From Lepidodermella squamata (lineage: Eukaryota > Animalia > Gastrotricha), in assembly GCA_047495785.1 (NCBI GenBank), contig JBLDXI010000021.1, positions 1 to 64,000 on the forward strand: 64,000 nucleotides of DNA, in the 5' to 3' direction. How positions within the stretch are numbered: position 1 is the first letter of the stretch; each line of letters starts with the position of its first letter. The notes beneath the pieces are model-generated. The model had not been told where the DNA came from and ran no database searches. It saw only the letters and a list, made by a program, of their open reading frames with translations. This document shows positions 23,901 to 36,592 of the stretch, piece by piece. The position numbers and the translations under genes are program-made.

Positions 23901-25241
23901 ATGCTTTGCAGGGTAATGATCTTCCAATTTCCAGCGTTTTGACCCTGTTTTTTTGCCCATTTAAGGTTTGCAACACTGTCGTGCCAAAGCGAAAAGAATA
24001 TCAACCAAGTACTTGCGAGGCTTGCCAGGTTTGCGTTTTCCTCTTCTACCTTAAGTATATTAAAGTTCAAGTTTATGGATTCTAGAAATTTTTCCGCAGA
24101 AATTGCCACCGGCGAGCATCACTTGTCTGCATCGGCAGAAAAGAAGCACCCTGCCGTTACGACTCCGATACCCGTCGCTCTTGCCATAAATGTCGTTTTG
24201 AACGATGTCTGTCGATCGGCATGCATAGCAAACATCTCGACTCAGATACGAACGTTGTAAGAAAGTCAAAGAAGCAACGCCGAGCATTAGCAGTTCAAAA
24301 CATCTCCTCAAGGGATGCCAGTTTGGATAGCGGTAGTCTTTCATCTGCATCAAGGCAGGATCTAGTTGTGACTTGTTCCAGCCCCAACTCATCGAGTCAA
24401 ATTACAGATCGAATCATTCAGAATCCAACAATTTTGAATGCAGAGTCTTTGGAAGCTGTTCTAAGAGCGGCCGTTCAGTCCTACACTCAGCTCTGCTTTT
24501 TCGAAGTCCTCTCATCGAAAGAAGCAAGCCCAGATAACGCTGAAAGTTACTTCAGGGATACCGCTGTCTCAAACGCATCGGAGGGTCAACTTATTGGCAT
24601 GTCTTACGGGAAGCTTTTTGATGACCAACTAAGGGCAGATCGAGGCTTGCCCGGCTCGGCGTTGTCAGACAATTGGCTCCAGACGCTGATGAATGCCTCG
24701 TTAACTCATCTATGTGGGGTTTACTGGAATCTGCCAGGAAACTCAGGAGGGACATTGTTTTTTGGAATGCCATCGATTGCCAGGGATTTTCTGATCAAAT
24801 GTCATCCCAGCTTTGAAGTAAGCGTTAACAGCATATAACATGAGCTGTTCATTGATTGCCTGTTTGTTTTTAAAGCGTAGTAAGGAAACTCTCGACTTCA
24901 TGTCCTCAATGCTTGCCCTTTGGAGCCCGAGTCTACCTGAAGCTAGTCTACTCCTCGCCTACCTCTATTTCCAGTCATACAACGGACCAGACGAGAGAAT
25001 AAACGCGCTGAAACGAAAGTTTTCAATCGCCCTAAAAATGTACAACGCATCGCTCAAGCTGCCGGTGGAGGCTGTTGAATCGAGGCAATACTACTTCTTT
25101 CGAACTGCTCAACTCATCGATGAAGCTGTAAAAAGGTTCTTCGACGGCATGCTGCACATGGCGGCACGCAGTGACACATTCTCGCAGATTACAAGTGTCA
25201 TTGGCGAACAACCTCGTGGTTTTAAAGTAGAATCTGATTAG
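23901..25241 (+). CDS. Divergent nuclear receptor NR-B, about 390 aa or more; exons 23901(or 23871)-23912, 23966-24028, 24086-24817, 24876-25241
   Basis: MLCR|VCNTVVPKRKEYQPSTCEACQ|KFFRRNC...CIGRKEAPC...RRSCHKCRFERCLSIGM. WSPSLPEASLLLAYLYF is homologous to NR-A. AATAAA at 25274. Confidence 0.85.
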
Positions 25242-25529
25242 CTGTTTACACTATCGAATTCGAATTATTTTTTAATAAAAAATTGTTTTCTCTGGAGTAA
25301 CGCAAATCATTAAACGTTGATATGGGCATCAAACTATAATTATAATGACGTCGTGCTCGCGGAAATACTTTGAATAACCGATGTCAAAATTCCTAAGTGT
25401 TCAAAAGATGTCAACTCGGGTCGTCGTTTTGCAAGGCCATTTTTCGGCGGGCTCAAAGTCAAGAGCATGAATCCACAAATGAATGCATCGTAAAAATTAT
25501 TGGTGACCAATTTTCGCGATATAACTCAA

Positions 25530-25845
25530 ATCAATATTCACAAGTGAATGATTCATAGCTAATACACGCAGATAAAAAGCGTAAATTTGTCCGATATGGG
25601 AACGGCCTTAATAGGCTGAAAATTTGCAAATTGATTCATCAGACTTGGTGATGAAATAAAAGAAAATATAAAATCCGAGCATTGAAAATGTGGTGGCCTC
25701 AATAATCCGCCATGTTTATACGCAAAAAACCAAAAACCAAAAAAGCTATGTCTATTTGTATCTGTGGCGCAAAAAGTATGAATCCAATAATGAAACGGAT
25801 TGCGTCATTCGAAAGCGAGCGGGATCGATTACCCCTCCTGAAGCA
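25530..25845 (+). repeat. Dispersed repeat, copy 1 (same family as 59203-59545)
   Basis: Shares TCAATATTCACAAGTGAATGATTCATAGCTAATAC, AACGGCCTT, GCAAAAAGTA and GAAACGGATTGCG.CATTCGAAAG with copy 2, in the same order. Confidence 0.8.
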
Positions 25846-26020
25846 TCGGTGACATTTTAAACTGGTGTAAGTCCGATTCCGCCTGATTGCTTCCTCATAC
25901 AATTTCTCGTTGTGGAATCGATTGGAGCCCCGGATCGAATAAAGAGAACTGAGTTCCTGCTGGGCTTGGCGTTTGGGCAGAGTGAATATGGACAAATTTC
26001 ATCTCGGATATTTTAAGTTA

Positions 26021-26170
26021 TACCTGGCCTGACAGTTTTAATGACTCGACAATTTATAAGTCTTCGCAGGTGAAAATGAAAATGTACAACGCACCACGCT
26101 TCAATGATGTGAAAAACCTTTTAAAACTTGAAAAATCGTCGAGTCATGAGAACTGTCAGGTCAACGGGTA
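26021..26170. mobile_element. Palindromic MITE-like element, about 150 bp
   Basis: Inverted repeats of about 28 bp, CCTGACAGTTTTAATGACTCGACAATTT / AAATCGTCGAGTCATGAGAACTGTCAGG. Confidence 0.7.
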
Positions 26171-28324
26171 ACAAAACCTAATAGGGAATTTTCGCAATTC
26201 CCAACGGATTAACTACAGACATCGATAAATAAATATTTAAACAGGCCCTTTCGATATCTAATTATAATAAACTGAAATTAGTTCCACTCATTGACAATTT
26301 CCGCAACCTTAGTGAAAATTATACTAAATAAATTATAGTTATACGTTAAAAAGTACAGCTCGGGCGATCAATTGCCCCAATTTTTTTGTCATCATTCATT
26401 CGAATTATGCTTAAAACTAAAAATACTTCGATATCACCCGAAATAATTCGCTTGGTGTATTAATAGAGAAGTCGTTTATTTGATGTCAAGTAAAGCGGTT
26501 AACACCTGTCCGCCAATGTCAAGGTCAAAGTAGCAAGGGCGATATGTTAGAAAAATATAATGAAAAGCTTGGTGTCTCGGGTTAGCTTTCGTTATCAATC
26601 CTAATCGATCGTTTCCTTTTATTAGGAAAATTGGCAATTTGAACTTCTCTACCATAAAAGATCGCGCGGTGGCGAAGGTCCTAACAAAACGTTGCATTCA
26701 TACAAGGGCGCAGTTACGCACGTCGGGGCCCGGACCTAAGCACCCCTTGATGGATTCGTAGCTTCAATGAGGCTTTCAATGAGCTGCCACGTCGATGAAA
26801 CTCATTGTTCGTTTTTTAGCGAAAGAGCCGACGTTTTATTATTTGCTCATACCCTTGCTAATGTCGATGCTTAATGCTTTTTGATCTTACACAGCAACGC
26901 GGTAGTCGGTGTTTTACCAATTAATTATTTATTCAAGCTATTTTCAGCTTCGTCCATGTGAATATATGAGCCGCATATAGAGGCCAAAACAGACATTTCG
27001 CTTATGTTTGTTCTTCCTTTAACCAACAGTATTTCTTTACTTTATAAAGAAGAGGAGCGACCATTTTCCACTCAACTTTTCTCGAAAAATGTTGTTAATT
27101 CAATAGGTTGTTTTAAATGAGCAGTATTCTTTAGGATAGCGAAATGTTTTGTCTTCAGTTTTAGCACAGACTAGTTCAATTTTTCAGGAATTTGCTTAAC
27201 CGTTTTTATTTTTTTTAACGTCGTTATTTCCACCTATTCTTCTGTACTGTGGTCTCGACAGGTTTGAGATAGGTCACAATGTCTAATAATTACGCATCAA
27301 ATTGTGACCCAAGGCCGCTTGTTTTCATGACCAATTACAACGCAGCGTACAATATAACACTGGACAATGCAAAAATTTGACCTGGCGCACTGAAATTCCT
27401 GTAAGAAAACAAGGATTTGTTATCGACCCGTCTCGCGATGTACGCTGCGCATGTTTTCAACTGCCCATCGATCTGACACTCTGTCAGTTTCAAATTACGA
27501 GAAGAACACGTCGACAATTCGGACATTTTATGACGAATAACAACGTACACCTGTGAGTGAAGTGTCGGAGTTTCGCTACGTCCACATTTCGACTTTTTTT
27601 TAAAACAGCGGACTTTTTTAGACACCCACTGCGGACCTATTTCCCAGAAAGCCCAGCGACACAGTGTCGCTGCCACGCGACGCGAAACATCGCAGATTTT
27701 CAGTCACCCCGCGGCTTTATAGTGATGATAGTTTTATAGTGGAAGTGAATATTACATGAATTTTTTCCTAAACTTGGCTGCACCTGGCGGAAGGCGCGCG
27801 CGCGCATAGGGCGGGGTCGTATTATTTATTGACTATAACTCTCGGACACACAGCGCTCCGTAAAAAAAGCGAGAACAAATCGATATCGCAGAAGGTGCAC
27901 ACGCGCGCGTTCGAATCATTATAATTTTTTTTTTTGCAATATAATAATTTCGCGCCTCTCATCTCGCGTGTGTGTGCTGCTTGTTTGCACGCACACAGAC
28001 AAAAACGGCGGCGGCGACGGCGTCAGTCAGGTCGATTTTTCTAGCAGTAGGCCTGGCGGAATATCTAATAACATAAAACGTTGGCAATAATATTATAGTG
28101 TGTATCGTCGAGATCTAGTACAAATTTTGCACACTTCCTACACGCACGCATTCTTGTGTAATAAAAGCGGACACAGGTAGGTCAGAAAACACTTCGTTTA
28201 TACACTTGTCATCGCTACGACACATTTCGCGTATAGATAAAAGCGTGGAAAAAACATGACGTTTGCAACCATTTGAGTTTGTTTCATTTCTTTATTCAAG
28301 ACATTTAACTTTTGGAAATTAAAC

Positions 28325-29719
28325 ATGATGACTCTACCGTGTGAGAACGAAGCTTCTTTCGTCAACGTTGTCATCAAAGCCAACTCGCCGTCGGAGGCGA
28401 CAACAGCCAGCGACTCGAGCACGTCAGCTGGTAAAAAGCGAATCATCCTTTGCAAAGTCTGCGGCGTTGTTGTTCCAAGGCGCAAGGAATACCACCCGAA
28501 AATTTGCGAGGCTTGTCAGGTAAAGAAAATTGCGAAAAATCGAATTTATTTTATCTGATTTTATTCAGAAATTTTTCCGACGTAACTGCACCCGCCGCAA
28601 CAATTTGTTCTGTTCCGGGGGTAATCGAGCTTGCCCGGTTGAAGCTGCTTCACGGCGCTGCTGCCCCCGCTGCCGTTTCGACCGATGTCTGGCTGTTGGA
28701 ATGCAAAGTAAATATTTGAAAAAGCCACCTTAATAATTCTTAATCTCTCATTTTTTTATCAGGCAAATTGTTGAATGGCGACAGAAATGGGGATACGAAG
28801 TCTGGATCTCTGTCTGATGAAAATCCGATCTCATCTTCTTCGCCGCCGATGGCAGCCGTGAAACAAGAACAAATCGATGATGAAAAGGCTGCTCCAGCCG
28901 TTTTCGGCCAGCTTTACAGCGGCTCTCAGCAGCAGCTCTACCACAATGCCAACTCGCCATTTGAAAAATGCTTCAACCAAACGGCTCATCAACCAGGTTT
29001 GTCTTAAATTTTTGAGCTTACATCGGTCGCGGACGTAATGTCGCTTTTATCTTATATATTACCATAGCGAGTTATCGATTTGCGGGTAAACATGACGCGT
29101 TCGATACCAGACAGATAAAAAATTAATCATCAAACCTAAAAATAGCTTTAATAATTCGAAACCCGCAGACTTATACTTGGGACAAAGCTCAGACGTCTCG
29201 GGAAATTATCAAAATATATCGATCTTTTGAAGACCTTGAAGTTCATTTTTTTATTTCTCTCCAGAATGTCCCACTCCGGTCGATTTTACTGCGTTCGTAA
29301 AAAACTATGTTGCCAAGTCGATGCTGCTATCTGATAGCGTTGAGGAGAAGCCGTCTTTCCGACCGATTTCTTCGCGAAACTACATGGCTGAGCAGTCTCA
29401 AGCTGAAGCTTTGGCGATGTTTCGACACCAAGTTATGATCTCACTGCTTCGGCAGAACCCTAACACTACCTATCCGAGCGTCATTAGTAACCAGCAACAA
29501 CAACCGAGTGAATACGGCTCAATGCCTAGCAACTGCTATCCTACTGCTGCTTCTATGATGATGATGGCCGCCAATAATGTCGAATCTTGGGAAGCGAAAA
29601 AACCGGTTTTCAACAGTTTCGAGAATCAAATCGGTGATGAACGGCAACCATCGGTACCACTCTGGCTCCAAAGCTATCTATCTGCTGTGATCGGCACCGC
29701 AACTGCCAAACAACAATAA
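28325..29719 (+). CDS. Nuclear receptor NR-C: C4 DBD with no recognisable LBD, about 340 aa; exons 28325-28519, 28569-28707, 28763-28996, 29265-29719
   Basis: CKVCGVVVPRRKEYHPKICEACQ|KFFRRNC...CSGGNRAC...RRCCPRCRFDRCLAVGM, followed by Q/S/P/N-rich sequence. Introns in phase. Confidence 0.85.
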
Positions 29720-30728
29720 TTCGATTCAGACCGAACAAAAAAAGAACTGCTTTATTTTTATGCGTAAATTATCATCATCTCAGAACCGTGTCTCTCGGAA
29801 CATTTTTTTTCTCGTTTATTTTTTCATCTTTCAAACTTTTGAGGGAATTTAGTGGCCATGTCATTTTACTAGTCATTTTTTCCGCGCAGAGCTATTGTTG
29901 AAGTTTTGAAGTAATAAATTTCTGAAGGAAAAATCTTTTCGCGTTTTCAAATCGCCCGACAAACAGGACGCATGTCTTAGCAGCTGCCGATCAAGGAAAA
30001 TGGTTAACAATTTTGTCACTTTAATGTTGACAGGTCGCTGTCATAACTGCTCGAGGGTGTCTGCGTAACAAACGTTGGAGCTATTTGATCACATTTTGAA
30101 TGTTTCTAATTAATTCATCAAGTCCCAGTCACGACATCTCGATCGATATTAGTTACTTTGTCCGTTTAATAATGTTCAACTCGCAGAAATCAATTCCTAC
30201 CTCCGTGTTATAGGTCTCAAATTTTCTGTCGAACTTGTGGTTCAAATAGGTCATATGAAAAATTTGACCTCGTTGTCTAAACCACAATAGGTTTTATATT
30301 ATTACGTAGGTTGTGTGCGCTATAGCGAAATATTACTCATTCGCGTTCAAATTGTCCGGCAATTTATCGATGAAAAATCTCACATGTCTGCATGTCTAGC
30401 TATATGTCCGCTTCAACCCGCACCAAAACGTCACAGAGTACACTTTTCTACCTTCGCTGTACTCAAAAGACAGGTATAATTTGTATTATTAATAGGCCTG
30501 ATTTTATTTCCCTAATCTGCGTAGGGTCGCCGTACATTTCATGACAGGAGTGGCCCTGTATGCACGTCTGAAACTGTCATTATTTCGATTAATTAGTTGC
30601 ACGAATAAAAAAAAACGACATGGCGTGATCGATATTGGCGGGACAGGGATAAGTGATTTTAATGATCAATTTAGGATAAAAAAAGATCGCAAAATTAAAG
30701 CTGTCCGTTTTGTCGTCGTCGCAGCAGA

Positions 30729-33642
30729 TCAGCGGTACAGGGCTTCGTCTGGAATAACGAAATGATCGAAAACTTTGCGATCGGCCAGAAAACGCCCACG
30801 GATAACGCTGTCTTTAGGCAGCATTGCGGCGTAAATAACAGAATCGGCCCCTGGGAAAAATAACGACAAAGAAATTATATAAAAAAAATAATAATTTCAA
30901 GCGATGTTTTCGAAATTTCACGCGAGTAACTTTTTTTGCGTACATATAATTATAAATTGTCTGAGTTTTGAAGGCTGCTCAATTTTCTTAGACATTTTTG
31001 GTAACACACATTAGACATCCTTATTAATGTCTGTTTTTGCTCAGACGTCATAGAGGTAGGGTGGGTGGACAGCGGACATGAAAACATTACGTTATTGTGA
31101 CCGCGCTTTTCGCATAGCCATAGCTTTCGTCATTGTGAAATTTGAGAATTTTTCGTATTAAGGATTGAAAACTTACATGTACGTCATCGAACTAATGAAA
31201 CTAGCCATTTTGTTGACTTTTTGCCAAATTGCAAGTAATTTAACCTCAAAATTTAATCATTTGAAGTCGTGCCATCCTTTCCTAGTTTTCAAGGTCAAAG
31301 TTGTGATTTTGACCATGTGAGCGATTTCATCTCAAGTTCTCTTTGCCCACTTTTCGCGAAGAGACATCTGTCAGACAAAAACTCGGTTTCAAATTTGTTA
31401 TCAAAAGAAAACGATCAAAATTAATGATCTAGAGGGAAAATTCAGTTATAGAAACCAAGTAAACTGGTCATTCCTAATTATAGCGAGAAACACGAAATTA
31501 TTCTCATTTCTACCTTCATCAGGTGAAGTTAGTCCAGTTTCAGTTGAATCCGAGACAGTCACGCCCGGGCAAACAGCGTTGATGACAACGTTTCTCGAAT
31601 TCTTCTCAGCATCAAACTGGCGCTGATAGATTTGAGTCAGCAAATTGATGGCCAGTTTCGAAATGCCAAACGGGTAGATAGAACCCAGGATGAAACGCGG
31701 CGTGATTTGCGTCTCCGGCGGCTTAGCCATCCAACCAGCGGTCGTGTACAGCGTGTCTGGGTTTATCATCAGAAAAGCTTCCATAATCGCAAACACGTCG
31801 CTGATCTTGGTGCAGTTGGCGAATCGTTGTTGTGCATCAGTCGTCGAGTTGACAAAGGACATTTGCGCAAGCCGAGATGACAAAAATACTATAAAGGAAA
31901 GTAAAATTGTCGAAATAATTAATGGTAAGCAGTTTCCGAAGAGATTGGTAATTATGGATACTTCAACCTTTTGAGGCCCTTAATAAACTTTTCAACTATT
32001 TCACAAGACAATATGCGATCAATTCAGAAAACTTTCCGTAAAGGCCATCATTTCTGCAAATGAGTGTTCTAATCACCCACTAACTTGTGAATCAACTTGA
32101 AAAATTATGAAATCGATAGAAAATTACTGAAAAATAAAAAAATCACCAGAAATGCAACCAACTCGCACCGTGATCCTGGTTTTTAATATTTTTTTTCTCA
32201 TTTTGTGTGTGCAAAAACAAGTACTTGAAGGAGGGCTAACTTTGGACAAAGCAATTATTTTCGAAGGCAAAAAATTTCGAATGAAAAAAGGTGAAGGTGA
32301 ATTCTTTATTTCCTGAAAATTATTTAGAAATTTCTCAGTTTTACCTTATTTTTGGCAATTAAAAAAATTGGCGGGTAACCTTGGACAAGAGGCAAATTTT
32401 CACCGCTCATTTGCATACGCAACGGGCTAATGAGATTCGCCCTTAATAATTTGGTTATATTTTTTATAAAAATCGAGAACTGATGGTTACTTGATTACGT
32501 CGCAGTATTTCAGAATTGTGGTTGTGTAGTTAAACCAAATTTTAATTTTTGAGAAGCTCGATAACCGAATGGGACCAAAATTTGGACACCTTCAGCTTTG
32601 AACCTGAATATCTACGAGTGCACAACTGATAAAAATTGACGAATTTGACTGAAAATAGCCCGCCTTTTGGGCTTTCCAACGGGACCAAACTTGCCGCTGA
32701 CATCAATTTTTGAAAAATTGCTTGATCACTCAGATAGATGTTTTGTGACCCTCTTTCCCAAAAAATCTCGGCGGACGGACGAGCCAATTTTGATACGGGT
32801 GACATTAAATTTTTCAATGTAAAACAAAAAAATTTCAAAATTTCGAAACATGTTTTTTCAAAAAATGTGGAATTTGGGATGGGATTTGGGATGAAATGTG
32901 GAATTTAGTGGAATTTGGACCCATTGCGGTGGTCAACTTAAGCGTGAAATTTCAAGGATGCAAAGAATGAATTTTTCGGTGAGTAAATATATTTAATTGT
33001 TGGTTGCGCTTCCGTAAAATTTGATTCTGAAACGGGGAAATTTGGTTATTACATGAGCCCTTCGTTATGGATAATAATAAGAAAAATGACTTACCAACTC
33101 GGCTGTCGTCGCCGAGAAGTGGAAATAGTTCCTCGCAGACATTGAGCGTGTTGAAAAAATTCGAGCGAACTACCGCCTCGACTGCGACTCGATCGTACAT
33201 GAACCTGCCGCCATTTTCCGGCGAAGCCGTTTCAGCCGACGCGTCGGTCACAGCTCGAACGTTGCGAAACGTCCCGGCGTTGTTGACCAGCAAATGAATG
33301 CCCTTGGAGTGATTCTTCTTGATGTGGTCGCGAAATTCGCGGATTGATTCGATAGATTCAGTGTCGAGTTGGTAGAAGTAGAACAAGGCCGGGTTGTCGA
33401 ATTCGTCGCGAACTCGACGATAGGCTTCCTCGCCGGCTGTAGCATCGGCTGATGTCAGGTAAATAGTCCAATGTGGCTCGGTTCTCAGGATTTGGCGAAT
33501 TGAGGCGAGTCCGATGCCTTTTTCAGCTCCAGTTACGACAGCAACTTTAGCCGAAGCTGATGGGTGTAGAATTTTAGTCAGGGTCTGAAATTCAATAACA
33601 AATTCATCAACTTTATTCTTAAAATAAACCCTATACCTCCAT
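30729..33642 (-). CDS. Carbonyl-reductase-like classical SDR, about 330 aa; exons 33642-33637, 33584-33095, 31888-31514, 30850-30729
   Basis: KVAVVTGAEKGIG, YQLD, LVNNAG, NFFNTLNVCEELFPLL, RVVFLSS, INAVCPG, PDEGADSVIYAAMLP: CBR1-type layout. The catalytic motif reads FGISK. Confidence 0.88.
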
Positions 33643-33894
33643 GTTTTAGGGAAATGTTATTAACCGTGGATAACAGGAAAATGATGGGGAGAGAGTTCAA
33701 GTTTTGAGCATCATTCAATTCGATGATTAATTTCGATGACGCGTGGTGCTTATTTTGATTGTTGCGCTGAGGGTTACGTAACACTTTGTGGAAATCAAAT
33801 GTTTAGAATGCGAAATGCTCGTTTTCAAACATGGGCAGAATTTATAAAACTTCCGCGGTTCGGATTTCTCAAGCCAGGATAGCCATAATTCCTA

Positions 33895-33991
33895 CCTTGG
33901 AACCTATAGACCTTGGAACCTATAGACCTTGGAACCTATAGACCTTGGAACCTATAGACCTTGGAACCTATAGACCTTGGAACCTTGGAAC
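33895..33991. repeat. 16-bp minisatellite (CCTTGGAACCTATAGA), 5 copies plus partials
   Basis: Exact head-to-tail units at 33895, 33911, 33927, 33943 and 33959. Confidence 0.95.
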
Positions 33992-34934
33992 AACTTTAGT
34001 GTGGTCAAAAATTGGATTGGGCACTTGGGAAAAGGTCCAGGTGGCACATCTGGGATTGAAGCTCCAACGTCCTGGAAATAATTTTTTATTCTTTGCGATT
34101 CCGGCCTCTTCTGTTCGTGGTTGAGACTGACCCCCTCCATGGCCCCGGGATTGATAGTCTGGCTACCTGGGTAGGAATATTTACAATTTTGGCTTCCAAA
34201 AGTTCTGATTTCGGAAAAATCAGTGATTTGTGAAATCGATACTTGGAATCGACATCGGCTCTCTGGTTGAAGTACAAATTGCGAGTTGAACGCTCATAGC
34301 GCAATATACTCATTATAGAGAGATCAATGGTTTAGAGCTGGAAACCCAAATTGAAGTTGGACTTCCGAAGTCATTTGCTAGTAACCCAATATCGATGGAT
34401 AGGCGAATCGAAAATGGAGTTCGATGGCAGATTATTTCCGTCATTCCAAGCTTCCGAAATGGGTTATAGATTCCATTAGGAAAATTTCTCTGCTCCGTAT
34501 TAAAAGCTCAACCTAATGATGATGTTATAGAACAAATCGATAATTTAATTATTTCCAAATTTTATTGTATCGAAAGACAATTGAAAAATTATACAAAATA
34601 TAGGCAATAACGGTAACAATATATATGGCGGTTATAGATTGTTAAAAGCTCTGAGAGCTTTCACTCGGCAATGGCCTCTAGATTCTAAGACATGACAGGT
34701 GCCAAAAGAATCTAATATGCACATAATCATTTTGTTGATGAAGAAAAAGCAGGCTGTCGATTTGTTGTAGAAAAAGCAAGTGTAACAACAATTCTTAGCG
34801 CTGAATCCTCCTCATTACAATTATAGCTATAGACTTTATCACGTAATAAATTATTATAGAAAATAATACTTTCTGAGAAAATTAAATTCACACCGGATAG
34901 AATGAGATTCAGTAAACAGAAAAAAAATCAATTT

Positions 34935-36592
34935 TTAAATATCAGCGATATTATTGTCTCTTCGAACGAGTTTTAGGTGCACATCACCGGTTGGCACCAT
35001 CACAAGCATAACTTTCACCGGGATCCTCTTCGGCGCGTCTTCACTCGCCGGCATAATTCGATACCTCCGCATCAGCCGAATAATCGTCAATTTCATCTCA
35101 AGCAGCGCATATCGCATGCCAATGCAGTGATGAGGGCCCATACCGAAGCCGAGATAGGCCGATCGGGGGCGGTTCGAAGTCGGGTAATCGGGCGAGAAGC
35201 GTTCAGGGTGGAACTCGGTCGGCTCAACCGGACCCCACAGCTCCGGATCGTGATGAATCGACCAAACATCGACCAAAATCGAACCGAGCGATTTCGGAAT
35301 TTCGTAGCCTCGAAGCGATGTTTCTTCGGAAATGAACCGATTGATGATATTGATCCCCTCCGGGTAGATTCGGATCGTCTCTAGGCAACACCAGTCAAGG
35401 TACTCCATCTTATTCATAACCGTTTCATAGTCCATCTGCTCGTTAGGATCGGGGTAGAACTGGCAGATTTCTTCGTACAACTTCTCCTGAACATCCTGAT
35501 GCATCGCCAGGGTATGGGCGAGATAGGCAAGGGTTGTTGAAGTCGTCTCATACCCAGCCATTAGAAACATGACGACATTAGTCTTCAACTGGCCCTCGTT
35601 CAAATACCGTTTATCATCGACCTTCTCGCTGGAGAATTCATCAAATTTCGTGGCATCGCACAACATTTGAAGCAAGTCGTTCTTCCGCCCGGTTTTGACA
35701 ACCTCAGACCGCCGTTTTTCAATCGTTGTATTCAGTAGTTCGATCAGGCCAAACAGCGGCGATAGCGGTCCGCTTGAGAATTTCATGATGAAATGAACGA
35801 GGAGTTTAGCGATCGGCTGTAGCTCCGGCAGGGTTGAAATAGCTCGGAATAGCCCAGGCGAGGCGATAACGCCGTTGTGAACCATTTCGCGGGCTTGTTC
35901 GTAGATTTTCTTCCCAGCCTCGTGATCCGGGTGTTCGGTATCGAAAAGGTGAAGCTCGATGCCGAGAGCTACCTCGCTCAACACGTCCAAGGCGTAGCGT
36001 TGAAAGGGCTCGCGAACGTCGAATGACTGGCCTTTCGCCTCTTCCTGGTCCAGAATTTCGATGACTCGAGTGATTTTCTTCTCGATAGCCGGCACGAGGT
36101 GTTGTAGCTTCGCCGGCGAGAAGAACGGACTGGCGGCTAGGCGAGGTCGATGCCAGTGATTCTTCTTGCTGATCATCATGTTCAGCAACGGATTCTGCGG
36201 CTCTTTCTCACTGTCAGGCTGAACAGGCGCAAACTGTAGGAAAATTACATTAAGGCGACTTAATAAAATCGCTGATTTTATTTTACCTGTCTTCCTTCGA
36301 AGCAGCTAGTTTGCTTGGTGCAGACTTGTTCGACCATTTGAAGGTCGGAGATGACAAGGATTGCTCGTGGTCCGTCGTAGTAGCCGAAAATTTTGCCGTA
36401 TTGCTGCGTCCATTTCTGTAGAACAAGATGCCGATCGTTGACCCATAAATCGAGCGAGTTGCCGAACAAGAAATTAGGCTCCGGGCCGGGGATTCCCAAC
36501 TTGGCGAAGGCTCGCATGCAGAAGTATTTTCGGTAGATGTAAAACGCTGTAGCAAGGCAAACAGCGACGGTAACTGCAAGAATCAGCGCCAT
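34935..36592 (-). CDS. Cytochrome P450, paralog of 17102-18667, about 534 aa; exons 36592-36287, 36233-34935
   Basis: IPGPEP, AGYETTS, ETIR, FHPERF, FGMGPHHCIG. One 53-nt phase-0 intron (GRQ|FAP). Confidence 0.95.

Noticed and set aside
33895-33991. Regular short repeats resembling a CRISPR array
   Set aside because: Units are contiguous with no unique spacers, there are no cas genes, and the context is eukaryotic. It is a minisatellite.
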